A DNA stretch of 64,000 nt from a virus. Its lineage: Duplodnaviria; Caudoviricetes. The stretch lies in the IMG/VR virus record IMGVR_UViG_3300010998_000002, positions 1 to 64,000 of that record; one strand, written 5' to 3'. Positions 38,590 through 49,648 of the stretch are shown piece after piece (within the stretch, counting starts at the first letter, position 1; every line of letters starts with the position of its first letter). A program made the position numbers and the translations under genes. The notes below the pieces were generated by a model. That model was not told the origin of the DNA. It ran no database searches and saw only the letters and a program-made list of their open reading frames with translations.

Positions 38590-38667
38590 TGGTTGCAGAG
38601 GTTAGAATTGAACTAACTACTATTCCAGGTTATGAGCCTGGCGAGCCACCGTTGCTCCATCTCTGCT
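38590..38667 (-). tRNA. tRNA-Met(CAT), initiator-like
   Basis: GCAGAG/CTCTGC acceptor stem with unpaired 1:72, GAGC/GCTC D-stem, CCAGG-CTCATAA-CCTGG anticodon arm, GTTAG-TTCAATT-CTAAC T-arm, encoded CCA. Confidence 0.9.
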
Positions 38668-39190
38668 ACGCCCTATTTTAACCTTAATAGGAAGGATGAT
38701 TTAGTAACCGATAAAATCATAAATGCCGGCATCAACAGAGGTTTATTACACTAACATGTTGATAATGCGTGGTGTTTATCTCGTCAAACCTTTTCCCACA
38801 ACACACGTCTTTTATAACCTAAATAAAAAATAAGATAGTCTAATTTTCTCGTTAATTAGCAATCACTATACACCATTACTTTCGGCATAGTAGAAATGCA
38901 CCTAATGTAATCTCGGCGACTTAATCTTGAAAGATTAGGCAGTAGTGCCGTCAGCCACCCCAGAACTCAATGCTAGGGTAAAAGGAATCAAACCTTAATA
39001 ATCTTTTAAGCGACTTGCGTACCTCATTGACTTTCACTACTAAACCAAAGGGTATTACTCGCAAAAATCATGCGCAAATCTTTTAAAATAGGTGATGCAC
39101 CGGTGAATTTCCACTAAAATTTGACGTGGTGCATAGCCATCACCTACTCCGGAAAATTTATTTTATTTTCAAAGTTCTTTGTCTTTCAAC
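38668..39190 (-). ncRNA. candidate structured non-coding RNA(s) upstream of tRNA-Met
   Basis: ~520 nt without long ORF, raised GC, several stems, strong promoter at 39197-39235 and boxA-like AGAACTTTGAAAAT. Confidence 0.6.
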
Positions 39191-39239
39191 ATTATTATAA
39201 TATCATGAATTATATTTAATGTCAAGAGTAGATTTTTTA

Positions 39240-39422
39240 TTAGTGTCCTTTTACTGTTTTTACTGCATTATAGACAAAATGCCACATTTTATAAATCTTA
39301 TCCGGAAAATATTTATTATTACATCTAAAGCATAAACATTCTTGTTCTGTAATGTTAGGGTTATCTGTAATCCATGTATCACCACAATAAGGACATATTA
39401 TCACATTTACTGTATCATTCAT
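39240..39422 (-). CDS. small zinc-ribbon protein
   Basis: CPYC and CFRC; start MNDTV. Confidence 0.65.
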   Translation of the reverse strand: MNDTVNVIICPYCGDTWITDNPNITEQECLCFRCNNKYFPDKIYKMWHFVYNAVKTVKGH

Positions 39423-39846
39423 GTTTTTCAAAACTCCAATAGCCATACGGAAAATAACAAAATCCACTAGGCACATTTGGACTATAATATGATAATAATT
39501 TTTCTAATGTATCAGTTTTATGCTTTTTCTTTTCTTCCCAAATTAAACATTCAAGTTCATAAATAGCCGAAAAGATTGCCATTTCATCACAAATACTCTG
39601 TAGAATTGTTATCTTACCTTTTTGATTACATACTATCATAAACAAAATAGAATCATCATAATCATGATAGCCAATAACAACATCTTTATCAAGCATTGAT
39701 GCAATGACATTTCTATCACCCATCTTTGTTTTAAATGTTTTATATTTATAAGCCATACCATTAAATTCTCTTGTATAAGAACAATTTTTATCGGTAATAT
39801 AATCATGTAATCTTTTTAGTCTTTTGTATGTATTTTTATTACACAT
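39415..39846 (-). CDS. hypothetical protein
   Basis: 143-aa coupled ORF. Confidence 0.65.
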   Translation of the reverse strand: MCNKNTYKRLKRLHDYITDKNCSYTREFNGMAYKYKTFKTKMGDRNVIASMLDKDVVIGYHDYDDSILFMIVCNQKGKITILQSICDEMAIFSAIYELECLIWEEKKKHKTDTLEKLLSYYSPNVPSGFCYFPYGYWSFEKHE

Positions 39847-40309
39847 AATCCTTTCCTTTCTGATATATTTTTTGATTTGAAGTTGCTAATCGCACGCCTT
39901 CTTGTATATTTTTTGTAGTATATAAATCCGGTATATATGCACCACATTTTATATAATCACAGTATTCTTTAAATGCTGGTTGAATTTTTGCCAAATCTTC
40001 TCTGGCAAACAACCATATTTTTTTATTATAAAACGACAAATAACTTAATATTTCTTTAACGGCATTTTCGTCTTGATGATTAAAACTTCCACCTAAAAGA
40101 AATATATTATCTATCAAAGAATCAAATCTTCCAAAATAGCCTTCAATAGTATCTCTCCATGAATGCCACTCTTGACCGTTATGAAAATCTAATAGTTCCG
40201 GATTGCAACAATCTTTACAATGTGGCTTGTTGCATCCGGCAACAAATAAATCTAAAGATTTAGTTGCCGGACTATATTCAATATAATTTATATTTAACAA
40301 CTTACCCAT
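39839..40309 (-). CDS. nrdG: anaerobic ribonucleotide reductase activase
   Basis: GCNKPHCKDCCNP, LGG, LATSNQ; coupled to nrdD. Confidence 0.9.
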   Translation of the reverse strand: MGKLLNINYIEYSPATKSLDLFVAGCNKPHCKDCCNPELLDFHNGQEWHSWRDTIEGYFGRFDSLIDNIFLLGGSFNHQDENAVKEILSYLSFYNKKIWLFAREDLAKIQPAFKEYCDYIKCGAYIPDLYTTKNIQEGVRLATSNQKIYQKGKDYV

Positions 40310-42276
40310 TATAACTCCACTTCTCCGTAGAATTGTCGTTGTGGAAAATCGTATTCTCGGCGTTCAGGAATCCAATTATCTACTTTGGTTAAAAAGCCTA
40401 CTACTCTTGTATAAGTACCTGTTATTTTACCACCACAAATCGGACAAGCATCAACATTACCTACTGACATGTGATTATTTTCACAACATTGTAATACTAA
40501 ATTAACGGCAAAATATACAACACCTTCTTTAACACTAGCATAGATTAAATTCTGCATAACATCAACATCCTTAATCTCTTGGTCTATGTTAAGATGACAT
40601 ATTGCTCCACCAGAAAAATATCTGTCAAATAAAGCCTGTATTTTAATTCTATCAAACATATTTACTCTTTTAATTAAAGGAATAAACTGATTTGAATAAA
40701 GTGTATAATTTTCATTATAACCTAAAGCCTTATCTTTTTTAGCCAATTTCACAGATACATTTTCACCTGGAATTTGCTCGCAATTATGTGGTGCTTTATA
40801 TTTATCTTGTAACTCGGCATTAGTGGTATTAATTACATTAAGAATTTCAAGAACATAATCCTGTCCTTCCTTTGTAGTAATGTCATAACCTAATATTTCT
40901 AACGCTTCATATAAACCAATAACACCAAAAGTAGAATATTGTCTTTTAAGTTCCATATATCCTAATGAATATAATGGCTGGCTTCCTGCCTTAATTGTAC
41001 GTTTAATAATATTTCTTTTTGCCTGATTAACAGTTTGACAATCCAAAACCAAATCTTTTAATCTGTGTAAAAATTCATCTCTTGGATTTTCTGCCTGCCT
41101 TTTACAAATTGTAGCAAGTTGTGGAAGATTGCCTGTTGCAACTCCTAGACTACCAATTTTTGTACTACCCGAACCAAAAGAATTAAAATATTCTCCATTA
41201 TCTCTTTCACTTCTTAATCTGCAACACGAACTTAATGTTGAAGATTTGCCAGCATAAATATTAATAAATCCAAACTGTAAATTCTTTTTAGCGATAAATG
41301 CTAAAAATTCATCATCTTGAATTTCATTATTTTCATCAATAGAAAAACAAGCAGTTGTAACCGGAAATGTAATTGGTTTTCTTGCCATTTCTCTATTCAT
41401 AATATCTAAATAAATTTCTTGTGCCTTTTTAATATTTTCTTTTGTAGCAGAATATTTAACATCATCTATCATTAAAGAATAAGCATCGCCTTCAAGCATA
41501 CCATCAAGAAAATTATTATCATAAACAGATACGTTGCTAAATAATGATTGCGAACCACGATAAGGTTGATTTAAACGATAAATAAACCCTGTTAGCATTG
41601 ATTCCATATATTGCCAACAAGCATTATCATCAACCATAGGAACATGGGCATCTTTCTTTGTTTTTAACATTTTATCCATATAAATAGATATAACAATCAA
41701 AAGGTCTGCAAGTCCTGTAGCACCTAATGTTGAATTTCCGGCAATAAGTGAAAATAACTCAATTTGTCCTAAAAATGACATTAAGTTTTTAGGTGGCTCA
41801 CTTCCACCACGACCATCAAATACTCCTGGAATACCATTAACTGCTGTATCGTATGTGGAATAATTAAAGCAATATGCCATTGCAGAAGAAAATCCTGTAA
41901 AATCATTTATATACATTCTGCCTGTAATTTGACTTTCTACAATCCAATCTGCTTTTTCTTTAGTTTCGGTTTTCTTTACTTCTTTCCATAATCTATAATA
42001 ACTATTAATTAAATGAAAGGGTTTTGCCGTTTCAATCTTATGAGATATAACAGATTTATCCGTAACATTAGCATTGGCATCAACCGATACATCAGCGGTA
42101 GTCATTGCTTTAAAAAATTTCTTTGATGATTTTGAAATATCTAATTGACTTCCAATACCGTTTTCTTCAATTAAATCTGCGCCATATTTTTTTTCTAATC
42201 CTAGCATTAAATCTTTAAAATCTTTTTTGTACGATTGTGATTCTAAAAATTTCTGTAAATTTGTCTGTTTTGTCAT
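40309..42276 (-). CDS. nrdD: anaerobic ribonucleoside-triphosphate reductase (class III)
   Basis: SCCRL, EQIPGE, CPICG, TRVVGFL glycyl-radical motif. Confidence 0.95.
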   Translation of the reverse strand: MTKQTNLQKFLESQSYKKDFKDLMLGLEKKYGADLIEENGIGSQLDISKSSKKFFKAMTTADVSVDANANVTDKSVISHKIETAKPFHLINSYYRLWKEVKKTETKEKADWIVESQITGRMYINDFTGFSSAMAYCFNYSTYDTAVNGIPGVFDGRGGSEPPKNLMSFLGQIELFSLIAGNSTLGATGLADLLIVISIYMDKMLKTKKDAHVPMVDDNACWQYMESMLTGFIYRLNQPYRGSQSLFSNVSVYDNNFLDGMLEGDAYSLMIDDVKYSATKENIKKAQEIYLDIMNREMARKPITFPVTTACFSIDENNEIQDDEFLAFIAKKNLQFGFINIYAGKSSTLSSCCRLRSERDNGEYFNSFGSGSTKIGSLGVATGNLPQLATICKRQAENPRDEFLHRLKDLVLDCQTVNQAKRNIIKRTIKAGSQPLYSLGYMELKRQYSTFGVIGLYEALEILGYDITTKEGQDYVLEILNVINTTNAELQDKYKAPHNCEQIPGENVSVKLAKKDKALGYNENYTLYSNQFIPLIKRVNMFDRIKIQALFDRYFSGGAICHLNIDQEIKDVDVMQNLIYASVKEGVVYFAVNLVLQCCENNHMSVGNVDACPICGGKITGTYTRVVGFLTKVDNWIPERREYDFPQRQFYGEVEL

Positions 42277-42290
42277 CGTTTCCTTCTCTC

Positions 42291-42953
42291 TTACAAATAT
42301 TCTTGTATTCTATCTATATCCCCACTTCTTACTAAACTTTGTTTTAATAGCGCAAAATATTTATCTACAATTTTTTTGACAGCCATTCTTGATAATTTAT
42401 ATCTCGTTCCCAAACTACCAAAAGACGTTTTATCTAGCGATTTATCATCGCTAAATTGCCAATAGTCTTTGAAAATTTGCTTATGTAATGGTTTAGAAAA
42501 CGGCAAATTATCAATATGCTTGTTTAAAATATCATATAAAACTTTATTATCAATATTTTCAACAACGGCTTCATTTGAATAACCGTTATTAATCCAATCA
42601 AAAGCGGTACTATCTATAAATTCATTAATACCGATTTTAACCGAACTTTTAAAAACATCAGATAAATGATTACTTAAACAAGTTTTATAATATGTAGATA
42701 ATTGTGTATTTTTTGAAATATCAAAATTTTCTATACATTTAACCAAACAAATGCTGGCTTCCTGCATAGCATCCTCAAAAAATAAATCTTGATTTGCAAT
42801 TCTATTTAAACATTTCTTATAATAGTGGCATACTTCTCTTGCTTCATCAATTAAAGCGTTATAAATTACTTTAAAAATTTTTTCTTTATTTTCTTTACTT
42901 GGTGTTTCTTGATATAATAATGCTAATTTTTCGTTATTGCCCACTTTACTCAA
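42291..42953 (-). CDS. phage sigma70-family RNA polymerase sigma factor
   Basis: region 2 DAMQEASICLVKCIENFD...LSTY and region 4-like SFGSLG..YKLSRMAV. Confidence 0.8.
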   Translation of the reverse strand: MSKVGNNEKLALLYQETPSKENKEKIFKVIYNALIDEAREVCHYYKKCLNRIANQDLFFEDAMQEASICLVKCIENFDISKNTQLSTYYKTCLSNHLSDVFKSSVKIGINEFIDSTAFDWINNGYSNEAVVENIDNKVLYDILNKHIDNLPFSKPLHKQIFKDYWQFSDDKSLDKTSFGSLGTRYKLSRMAVKKIVDKYFALLKQSLVRSGDIDRIQEYL

Positions 42954-42961
42954 TCATCCTC

Positions 42962-45900
42962 TTAACTCACAACGGTCATATTATACTCAACCATAAAACT
43001 ACTTATACTTTGTAAATCTTGAATCCAATAATCAATTTTAGTAGTATATTTATTATCACCACAAATAATATTTAGTCGGTAATTTATATCCTCTAATTCT
43101 ATTATACTTGATTCTTTAATTTTTGTCAATACAGTTCTTAAACTCTCTTGTGGTATGTCTGCCCTTAATACAATTTCGCTATCTCTTGCAGTATTAAAGT
43201 ATCTTATACCTTCAAGTTTAAAATTATCTTCATATTTTTCTGGTGCATAAGATTTATTTAAGTAACCTATTATACGAAAATAATTACTTGGTTGATTTAA
43301 TTTATCTTCTAATTTAACATAAGTTTCACGTTTCATAAATGTAGTAATTTCATCACTATCATCTGTTAAAACTGCAAAATATGAACCATTACGAGTTCTT
43401 TTGATACTCTTTACCCTACCCATAAAATAAAATAATGATGTATAATCTTTACTACTTTTAATATCATAAATACTATCACTATCTATAAAATCTTGCATCG
43501 CAATTATTTCTTTTTTGGGATTATGTGAAATCGGAAAACCTAAAATCTCCATTTCATTTTCTTTTAAAACCGGAATACTAGGTTTTGTGCCTTCGCTATT
43601 TTTAAAAGATTTAATACCTACTTGAATAAATTGTTCTAACTTATCTTTTAATTCTTGCTTTTTATCTTTATCTTCTTTCTTTGTACCCTTAATATCTTTT
43701 ATAGATTGTTCAATTTGTTTATATGAATCATTATTTTTTAATACACTTTCAACATAACATCTAATCAAACAATCATAATAAGCAATATTGCCTTTTTTAT
43801 AATCGGCTTTTGATTTAGCCTTTGTTGAAAATTCAAGCACCGGAAGGTACTTATATGGGTTATTCTCTATACTATTAAATGCACCACACTTAATTAAGGC
43901 TTCTACAACAGACTTATTGATACTTGGCATACGATTCAATAAATTCTCTAAATTTTGGAACTCACCATTTTTTCTCTCTGCCAAAATAGGCTCTATACTT
44001 GAATTTCCGACACCCTTAATTCCATTAAAGCCAAAAATTATAGCATTCTTTTCTTCATCATGTTCAAAACTATAACTTGATTTATTAACATCTGGTGCTA
44101 CAACATCAATACCTAAACGATAACATTCATCAATATATGGATTAAGTTTATCTAAAGAATCAGAGTTGGCATTTAATAAAGCCGTCATATATTGTAACGG
44201 ATAATTTGCCTTTAAATATGCCGTTACATAAGATAATGCAGAATAAGCAAAACTATGACTTGCATTAAAACCATAACGACCAAATTTTTCTATCATATCA
44301 AAAACTTCATTTGCTTTTTGTTCTGAATGTCCATTAGCGATACAGCCATTAACAAAATGCTCTCTTTCTTTTGGTAATTTATCAATAAGTTTTTTACCGA
44401 CAATTTTTCTTAAACCATCGGCTTCCGGCATTGTATAACCAGCCATAACTTGTGATAATTGCATTAAATTTTCTTGATAAATAAAAAGTCCTAATGTATC
44501 TTTTAAATAATCTTCCATACCAGGAACAACATAATCAATTTTTTCTTTGCCGTTACGTCTATCAATAAAACTTTGTGTCAAGCCACTTTCTAATGCACCA
44601 GGTCTTGCGCCGGCATTAATAACCGATAAATCTGCCAATGTTGTAGGCTTGATTTCTCGGCATAAATGTTTCATTATATCAGATTCTAACTGAAACACAC
44701 CGCCTGTATTGCCGGCAGATATTAAATCAAATGTTTTTTTATCATCAAAAGTTATATCTTTAAAATTAAATTTCTTATCACCTAATCTATTCATAGCATC
44801 TTTAACGATAGATAAGTTTTTTAATCCTAAAATATCAAGTTTTAATAATTTTAAATCTCCATCAATTTCTGTCATTTCAAATGCAGAACAGTTGATTTTC
44901 TTTCCACTAGCATCTTCTATCCACATGACAGGTGTCAAATTTTCTAATGGCTGATTAGAAATTACAACTCCGGCCGCATGAACCCCACGTTTATCAATAC
45001 CACCTTCTAATTTTTTTGCAACATCAATAATTTGCGCAAATAAACTATCGGTTTTATACATTTTTTGTAATTCTTCCGATTGAGCAATATTCTCATCAAG
45101 AGATAAATTTGTATCTAATAACTCTTGCGAAATTCTATTTGCTTCAACAAATGGCATTTCTAATACACTTGCAACAGCCTTAAACGATGCTACACTTGTC
45201 AAACTACCATAAGTTGCAATATTACATACTCGTTCTTTTGTATATGTTTTTTCAATATAATCAATAACTTTTCCACGATTTATATCTTCCACATCACAAT
45301 CCACATCGGGCGCTGATATACGTTCCGGATTTATAAATCTTTCAAAAAGTAATTTATGTTCTATCGGGTCTAAATGTGTTACATAAAGACAATAAAGAAC
45401 TAATGAGCCTGCTCCAGAGCCACGACCAAAGCCTGTGGCAATATCGGCTTCATCCATAAATTTATATAAATCATGCAATACAAGAAAATAATCGGTAAAA
45501 CCAATTTTATAAATTGTTTCCAACTCATATTTTAATCGTGCAACATATTGTTGCATATTTATATTTTTACCGGCAAATCTTTTCTTAAATCCTTCTTGTG
45601 CTAATTGCATTAATTTCTGTAATGATTCTTTTTTATCGCCAAAAGTCGGATAATTATATTGATGTTGTAAAATATCATAATTTTCAATTTTATTATAAAT
45701 TTCTTCCGAACTTGCTAAAACTTCATTAAAAATATCTTCACCCAAATAAGAGATTGCCTGTCGCATTTCTTCTGTATTTTTTAAATAAAATTCATCAGTT
45801 TCAAAATTCATTCTATTCGTATCTGATATTTTTTTATGAGTTTGTTTACATAATAAAACTTCATGCGCAAAACTATCTTCTTTTTTTGCATAATGAGAGT

Positions 45901-46495
45901 CGTTTGTTGCAATGAGTTTTATTCCATATTTTTTTGCAAGTTGCACCAAAATCATATTAACAGGTTTTTGTTGTTTTAATTTATGGTCTTGTAATTCTAA
46001 ATAAAAATCATCACCAAATATTGACTTAAACTTTTTTAAATACTCGTCAATTTTTGGCATATTTTGAGCAATAATCATTTTAGGAATAATGCCAGCCAAA
46101 CAAGCACTACAAGCAATTAAACCTTCGGAATATTTTGCCAAATCGTCAAAAGTTATCCTATTTTTATAATAAAAATTATAATAAGACAAATTATGTAACT
46201 TAATCAAGTTTAACCAACCCTGCTTATTTTTAGCCAATAAGACTAGGTGATAATTATCTCTAGTTTGATTTTCTAAATCTAAAGTCATATAGGCTTCCAT
46301 GCCTAAAATTGGTTTAATTTCCTGTTTATTGCATTCTTTATAAAATTTTATTGCGCCAGCCAAAGACCCGTGGTCTGTAATGGCTAATGCAGGCATATTG
46401 TTATCTTTACCCCATTGCACATAATCTTCAACTTTAATTAAAGCATCCAATAAACTATAGCATGTATGTGTATGTAATGGTATTAATTCTGACAT
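42962..46495 (-). CDS. dnaE: DNA polymerase III alpha subunit (family C)
   Basis: PHP (HTHT.YSLLD, TDHG, NDSHY), GRGSGAGS, PDVDCD, HAAGVV, KLDILGL, FNASH. Confidence 0.97.
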   Translation of the reverse strand: MSELIPLHTHTCYSLLDALIKVEDYVQWGKDNNMPALAITDHGSLAGAIKFYKECNKQEIKPILGMEAYMTLDLENQTRDNYHLVLLAKNKQGWLNLIKLHNLSYYNFYYKNRITFDDLAKYSEGLIACSACLAGIIPKMIIAQNMPKIDEYLKKFKSIFGDDFYLELQDHKLKQQKPVNMILVQLAKKYGIKLIATNDSHYAKKEDSFAHEVLLCKQTHKKISDTNRMNFETDEFYLKNTEEMRQAISYLGEDIFNEVLASSEEIYNKIENYDILQHQYNYPTFGDKKESLQKLMQLAQEGFKKRFAGKNINMQQYVARLKYELETIYKIGFTDYFLVLHDLYKFMDEADIATGFGRGSGAGSLVLYCLYVTHLDPIEHKLLFERFINPERISAPDVDCDVEDINRGKVIDYIEKTYTKERVCNIATYGSLTSVASFKAVASVLEMPFVEANRISQELLDTNLSLDENIAQSEELQKMYKTDSLFAQIIDVAKKLEGGIDKRGVHAAGVVISNQPLENLTPVMWIEDASGKKINCSAFEMTEIDGDLKLLKLDILGLKNLSIVKDAMNRLGDKKFNFKDITFDDKKTFDLISAGNTGGVFQLESDIMKHLCREIKPTTLADLSVINAGARPGALESGLTQSFIDRRNGKEKIDYVVPGMEDYLKDTLGLFIYQENLMQLSQVMAGYTMPEADGLRKIVGKKLIDKLPKEREHFVNGCIANGHSEQKANEVFDMIEKFGRYGFNASHSFAYSALSYVTAYLKANYPLQYMTALLNANSDSLDKLNPYIDECYRLGIDVVAPDVNKSSYSFEHDEEKNAIIFGFNGIKGVGNSSIEPILAERKNGEFQNLENLLNRMPSINKSVVEALIKCGAFNSIENNPYKYLPVLEFSTKAKSKADYKKGNIAYYDCLIRCYVESVLKNNDSYKQIEQSIKDIKGTKKEDKDKKQELKDKLEQFIQVGIKSFKNSEGTKPSIPVLKENEMEILGFPISHNPKKEIIAMQDFIDSDSIYDIKSSKDYTSLFYFMGRVKSIKRTRNGSYFAVLTDDSDEITTFMKRETYVKLEDKLNQPSNYFRIIGYLNKSYAPEKYEDNFKLEGIRYFNTARDSEIVLRADIPQESLRTVLTKIKESSIIELEDINYRLNIICGDNKYTTKIDYWIQDLQSISSFMVEYNMTVVS

Positions 46496-46636
46496 ATCTT
46501 CCTCTTTCTTCCTATAAGTATTCTATCATACTATAAGTATAAAGTCAATATAAAGAAAAGACACATCCTAAAGAGAATATGTCCTACATAATTTTTCTAA
46601 AAAACATTTACCACTAATATATTACCATATCTTATA

Positions 46637-47155
46637 CTAATTGTCAAGAGTAGAATATTTAGTATAATGTATTGCTTTAATTCCATTAGCACGATACATT
46701 TCTACGTTACGAATATCATCATCTATTGCCAAATCAATAAAAACTTTAGGTATAATATGAGTATGTAAAATATTATTTTTTACTTCGGCAGTAGGTGAAT
46801 AATCACAAGTATTTCTCATATAAAGATATTTTTTAATCCTATTCCAACCTTTAATATTTCTAAATACTGCATTTAATTGACCTTCCGTAATTTCTCGCAT
46901 TTTATGTATATCTTCTCTAGCAGTAATAAAATAAATATTTTGCAAACCTTTTTTAATAAGAATATCAATAAAATCTATCATATCGGCATTTTCACTCACA
47001 AGATAATAATGGTCGTGGTATCTATCCCAACCTTCTCTAGTATTATCTATTGGAATATATTTTTCCCATTCCCTGCTATCTAAAACACAATTATCAATAT
47101 CTAAAATTAAATTTTTAATATTATCTGGTACGATTTCACCATTTAACTTAACCAT
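46637..47155 (-). CDS. HAD-family phosphatase (PNK 3'-phosphatase-like)
   Basis: DIDN, ITAR, MR...D, K, IDDD motifs. Confidence 0.8.
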   Translation of the reverse strand: MVKLNGEIVPDNIKNLILDIDNCVLDSREWEKYIPIDNTREGWDRYHDHYYLVSENADMIDFIDILIKKGLQNIYFITAREDIHKMREITEGQLNAVFRNIKGWNRIKKYLYMRNTCDYSPTAEVKNNILHTHIIPKVFIDLAIDDDIRNVEMYRANGIKAIHYTKYSTLDN

Positions 47156-47750
47156 TTTTCCAGCCTTCCTTTATTAAAATACTCTCACGATTTTCATCTA
47201 TGTTATGATAAATTTTTCGCATATTCATAACATCATATAAATTCATTATTTGCATATTATTAGCATCTAAACCTATATCCATTGCCCTTAAAAATGGTTT
47301 GATTTTTCCATGCGTATGTCCGAAACAATGAAAAGCATCTTGGTAAAACCCTTCCCATTCTAATAATGGTAAATGTTGCAAATGAAACAAATTATCATTC
47401 CACCGAATTTTATAAGCCTGTTTACAATCTTGAATCACGCCCATTTGCCATAATTTTCGCAACTGTTTTTCTTTATCATGATTGCCAATGCTAACTTTTA
47501 TTATAGGTGTTAATGACCGGATAAATTTTATTAACTCCTCATCTTCATCCTTAAAACCAATATCGCCTAAAATATAAAGTGTAGCACTTTTACTCTTAAT
47601 CGTTGAATTAATAATATTCCTTATATATTGTGTATGCTCCTGCGGATTACTAAAACCTCTTAAAGAAATAGTCCTATTAATAATATTAGACAAATGCAAA
47701 TCTGCCGTAACATATATATCTTCAAAATTATGTAATGTATTAAATCCCAT
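47148..47750 (-). CDS. metallophosphoesterase
   Basis: ADLH, LGD, GNHD, QHLP, GHTH. Confidence 0.88.
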   Translation of the reverse strand: MGFNTLHNFEDIYVTADLHLSNIINRTISLRGFSNPQEHTQYIRNIINSTIKSKSATLYILGDIGFKDEDEELIKFIRSLTPIIKVSIGNHDKEKQLRKLWQMGVIQDCKQAYKIRWNDNLFHLQHLPLLEWEGFYQDAFHCFGHTHGKIKPFLRAMDIGLDANNMQIMNLYDVMNMRKIYHNIDENRESILIKEGWKNG

Positions 47751-48154
47751 TAATTACTCTCTTTCGGAATATTATCAACTCTAATAACATGCACGATTCT
47801 TTCACCGTTTTTAGCAATATTAATTGTATGCTTTGTACCCTTACTAATACCATTCCAAAATGCTATTACCATATCAGCATGTCTTACAATATCATGATTT
47901 CTTAAATAACCGGCACACTTACCATGACTATGCCATTTTGCTCTATAAATTTCTTTGGCATAATTATATTTATCTGCAAATTGTTCGGCTAATGTATCAA
48001 CCCCTCTTGCACCACCAGAAACAATAATAAATTCTAAATCTTCTTTTGGCATCAATTCTTTAACTTTAGATTCTACATAATCATAATTATTAAAATCTCT
48101 ACTGCCAATAATCGCTATTCTATATTCCATAAGCGAACTCCAGCAATTCATCAA
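47750..48154 (-). CDS. SLOG family protein (DUF2493/YspA-like)
   Basis: IIGSR, VSGGARGVD, AGYLRN, AFWNG.SKGT. Confidence 0.85.
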   Translation of the reverse strand: MMNCWSSLMEYRIAIIGSRDFNNYDYVESKVKELMPKEDLEFIIVSGGARGVDTLAEQFADKYNYAKEIYRAKWHSHGKCAGYLRNHDIVRHADMVIAFWNGISKGTKHTINIAKNGERIVHVIRVDNIPKESN

Positions 48155-49646
48155 CCGCCCTATGCTCTAATTTATTTTTTGCTCTTGTGCAAGCAACATA
48201 TAGCAAATTTGCTTCATCCGGACTTGACATAGACCATCTATCACCATCGGCAATTTTTACCCATGACCATTCTAAACCCTTTGACCTATGCGCTGTAATA
48301 AGCGTATATTCTCTATCAGGATTTTCACAATCTTCTGACTTTCTTAATCTTTCTAAAACATCAATTAAATTATGTGCATTAAGAATAAAGAAATCAAAGA
48401 ATTTTTTAAAATCTAAACTTAAAACATTACTATTTCTAACTAAATAAGGATATAAATCAAAACCTTCTTTTTTTGCTATATTCACATAAGCATCTACATT
48501 TTTTGAACGTCTAATTTTAAATTTAGAACGATATACTTCTAAATCATCTTCACAACCAGATTTACTTGCTAATAATTGGTCGTAAAAATACAACATTTCT
48601 GCAAATGCTTCCTCAAAACAATCTGAATTAGTGCCATTAACAACATCCATAAAATGTACTTTGATATTATCTACTTCCTTCATTAAATTAACAGCATATT
48701 CAAACATACAAGAATTTGTCCTAAATAAGACGGTTTTCTTTGTTGTATCTTCAACATCTATTTTGTTATGAAAATTCTTAATTGAACCAGGCTTAAATTC
48801 TTTATATTTTTGTGCTAATATTTTATTAGCAATTTCGCACACTTCATCATTAAACCTAAATGATATAGTTAATGGAAGCGTGATACCATCAAATTTATCC
48901 ATAGAATTGATAGCATGATTCCATTGATAAATCTGCTGATATTTATCTCCAACTATCCAAATTTTTTCTCGTTGAACTCTTTTAATAATGCTTAACATAA
49001 AAGGGTTTAAATCTTGACTTTCGTCTAAAAACACATATTTATAACCTTTTACGGTATCTGCTGTATTAAGTGCGTATTCTTTAAGATACATATTATGGGT
49101 AAATTTCCCATGATTAAGAAAATAGGTATATAAATCTTTAAAAAATTTTATTTCATAACTTTTTAAATAATTGCTTTCTAATCCATATTTTTTGCTATCA
49201 CCAGATAATAAAGTTTCACAAAATGTATCTAAATCATCAAAAGTTGCGCAATAAGAGTTTAACATATCAAGCACATTTTTATATTTTGCATATTTATAAG
49301 ATGTGTTTAAATTTTTTACTTTCATATAATCTGCATAATCTAAACTCGGCATTACTTCAATATCGCCACCACGCAACAACGAAAAACGTCTTAATGCAAA
49401 AGAATGAGTTGTATAGCATTCAACATTCAAATCTAAACTATCAAATTTTCGTTTAGAATCTTCAACCATTGATTTATTAAAAACCAAATATAAAATTTTA
49501 ACTCCTGGTTGTGTTTTTCTAATTTCTTTAACTATTTCTACTAACGTAGAAGTTTTACCAGAACCGGCAAAAGCATTAATTTTAATCGTATCTTCTTTAC
49601 CATATATTGTATTTACTATGTCCTTTTGCTCTTGGGTTAATTCCAT
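48120..49646 (-). CDS. UvrD/REP-like superfamily 1 helicase
   Basis: AFAGSGKT, DESQD, VGD..QQIY, SFRF, TAHRSKGLEW, YVACTRA. Confidence 0.92.
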   Translation of the reverse strand: MELTQEQKDIVNTIYGKEDTIKINAFAGSGKTSTLVEIVKEIRKTQPGVKILYLVFNKSMVEDSKRKFDSLDLNVECYTTHSFALRRFSLLRGGDIEVMPSLDYADYMKVKNLNTSYKYAKYKNVLDMLNSYCATFDDLDTFCETLLSGDSKKYGLESNYLKSYEIKFFKDLYTYFLNHGKFTHNMYLKEYALNTADTVKGYKYVFLDESQDLNPFMLSIIKRVQREKIWIVGDKYQQIYQWNHAINSMDKFDGITLPLTISFRFNDEVCEIANKILAQKYKEFKPGSIKNFHNKIDVEDTTKKTVLFRTNSCMFEYAVNLMKEVDNIKVHFMDVVNGTNSDCFEEAFAEMLYFYDQLLASKSGCEDDLEVYRSKFKIRRSKNVDAYVNIAKKEGFDLYPYLVRNSNVLSLDFKKFFDFFILNAHNLIDVLERLRKSEDCENPDREYTLITAHRSKGLEWSWVKIADGDRWSMSSPDEANLLYVACTRAKNKLEHRAVDELLEFAYGI

Positions 49647-49648
49647 CT

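Noticed and set aside
38970-39050. Second tRNA suggested by a T-arm-like AAGG-TTTGATT-CCTT
   Set aside because: No matching acceptor stem, anticodon arm or CCA could be built; kept only as part of the ncRNA candidate.
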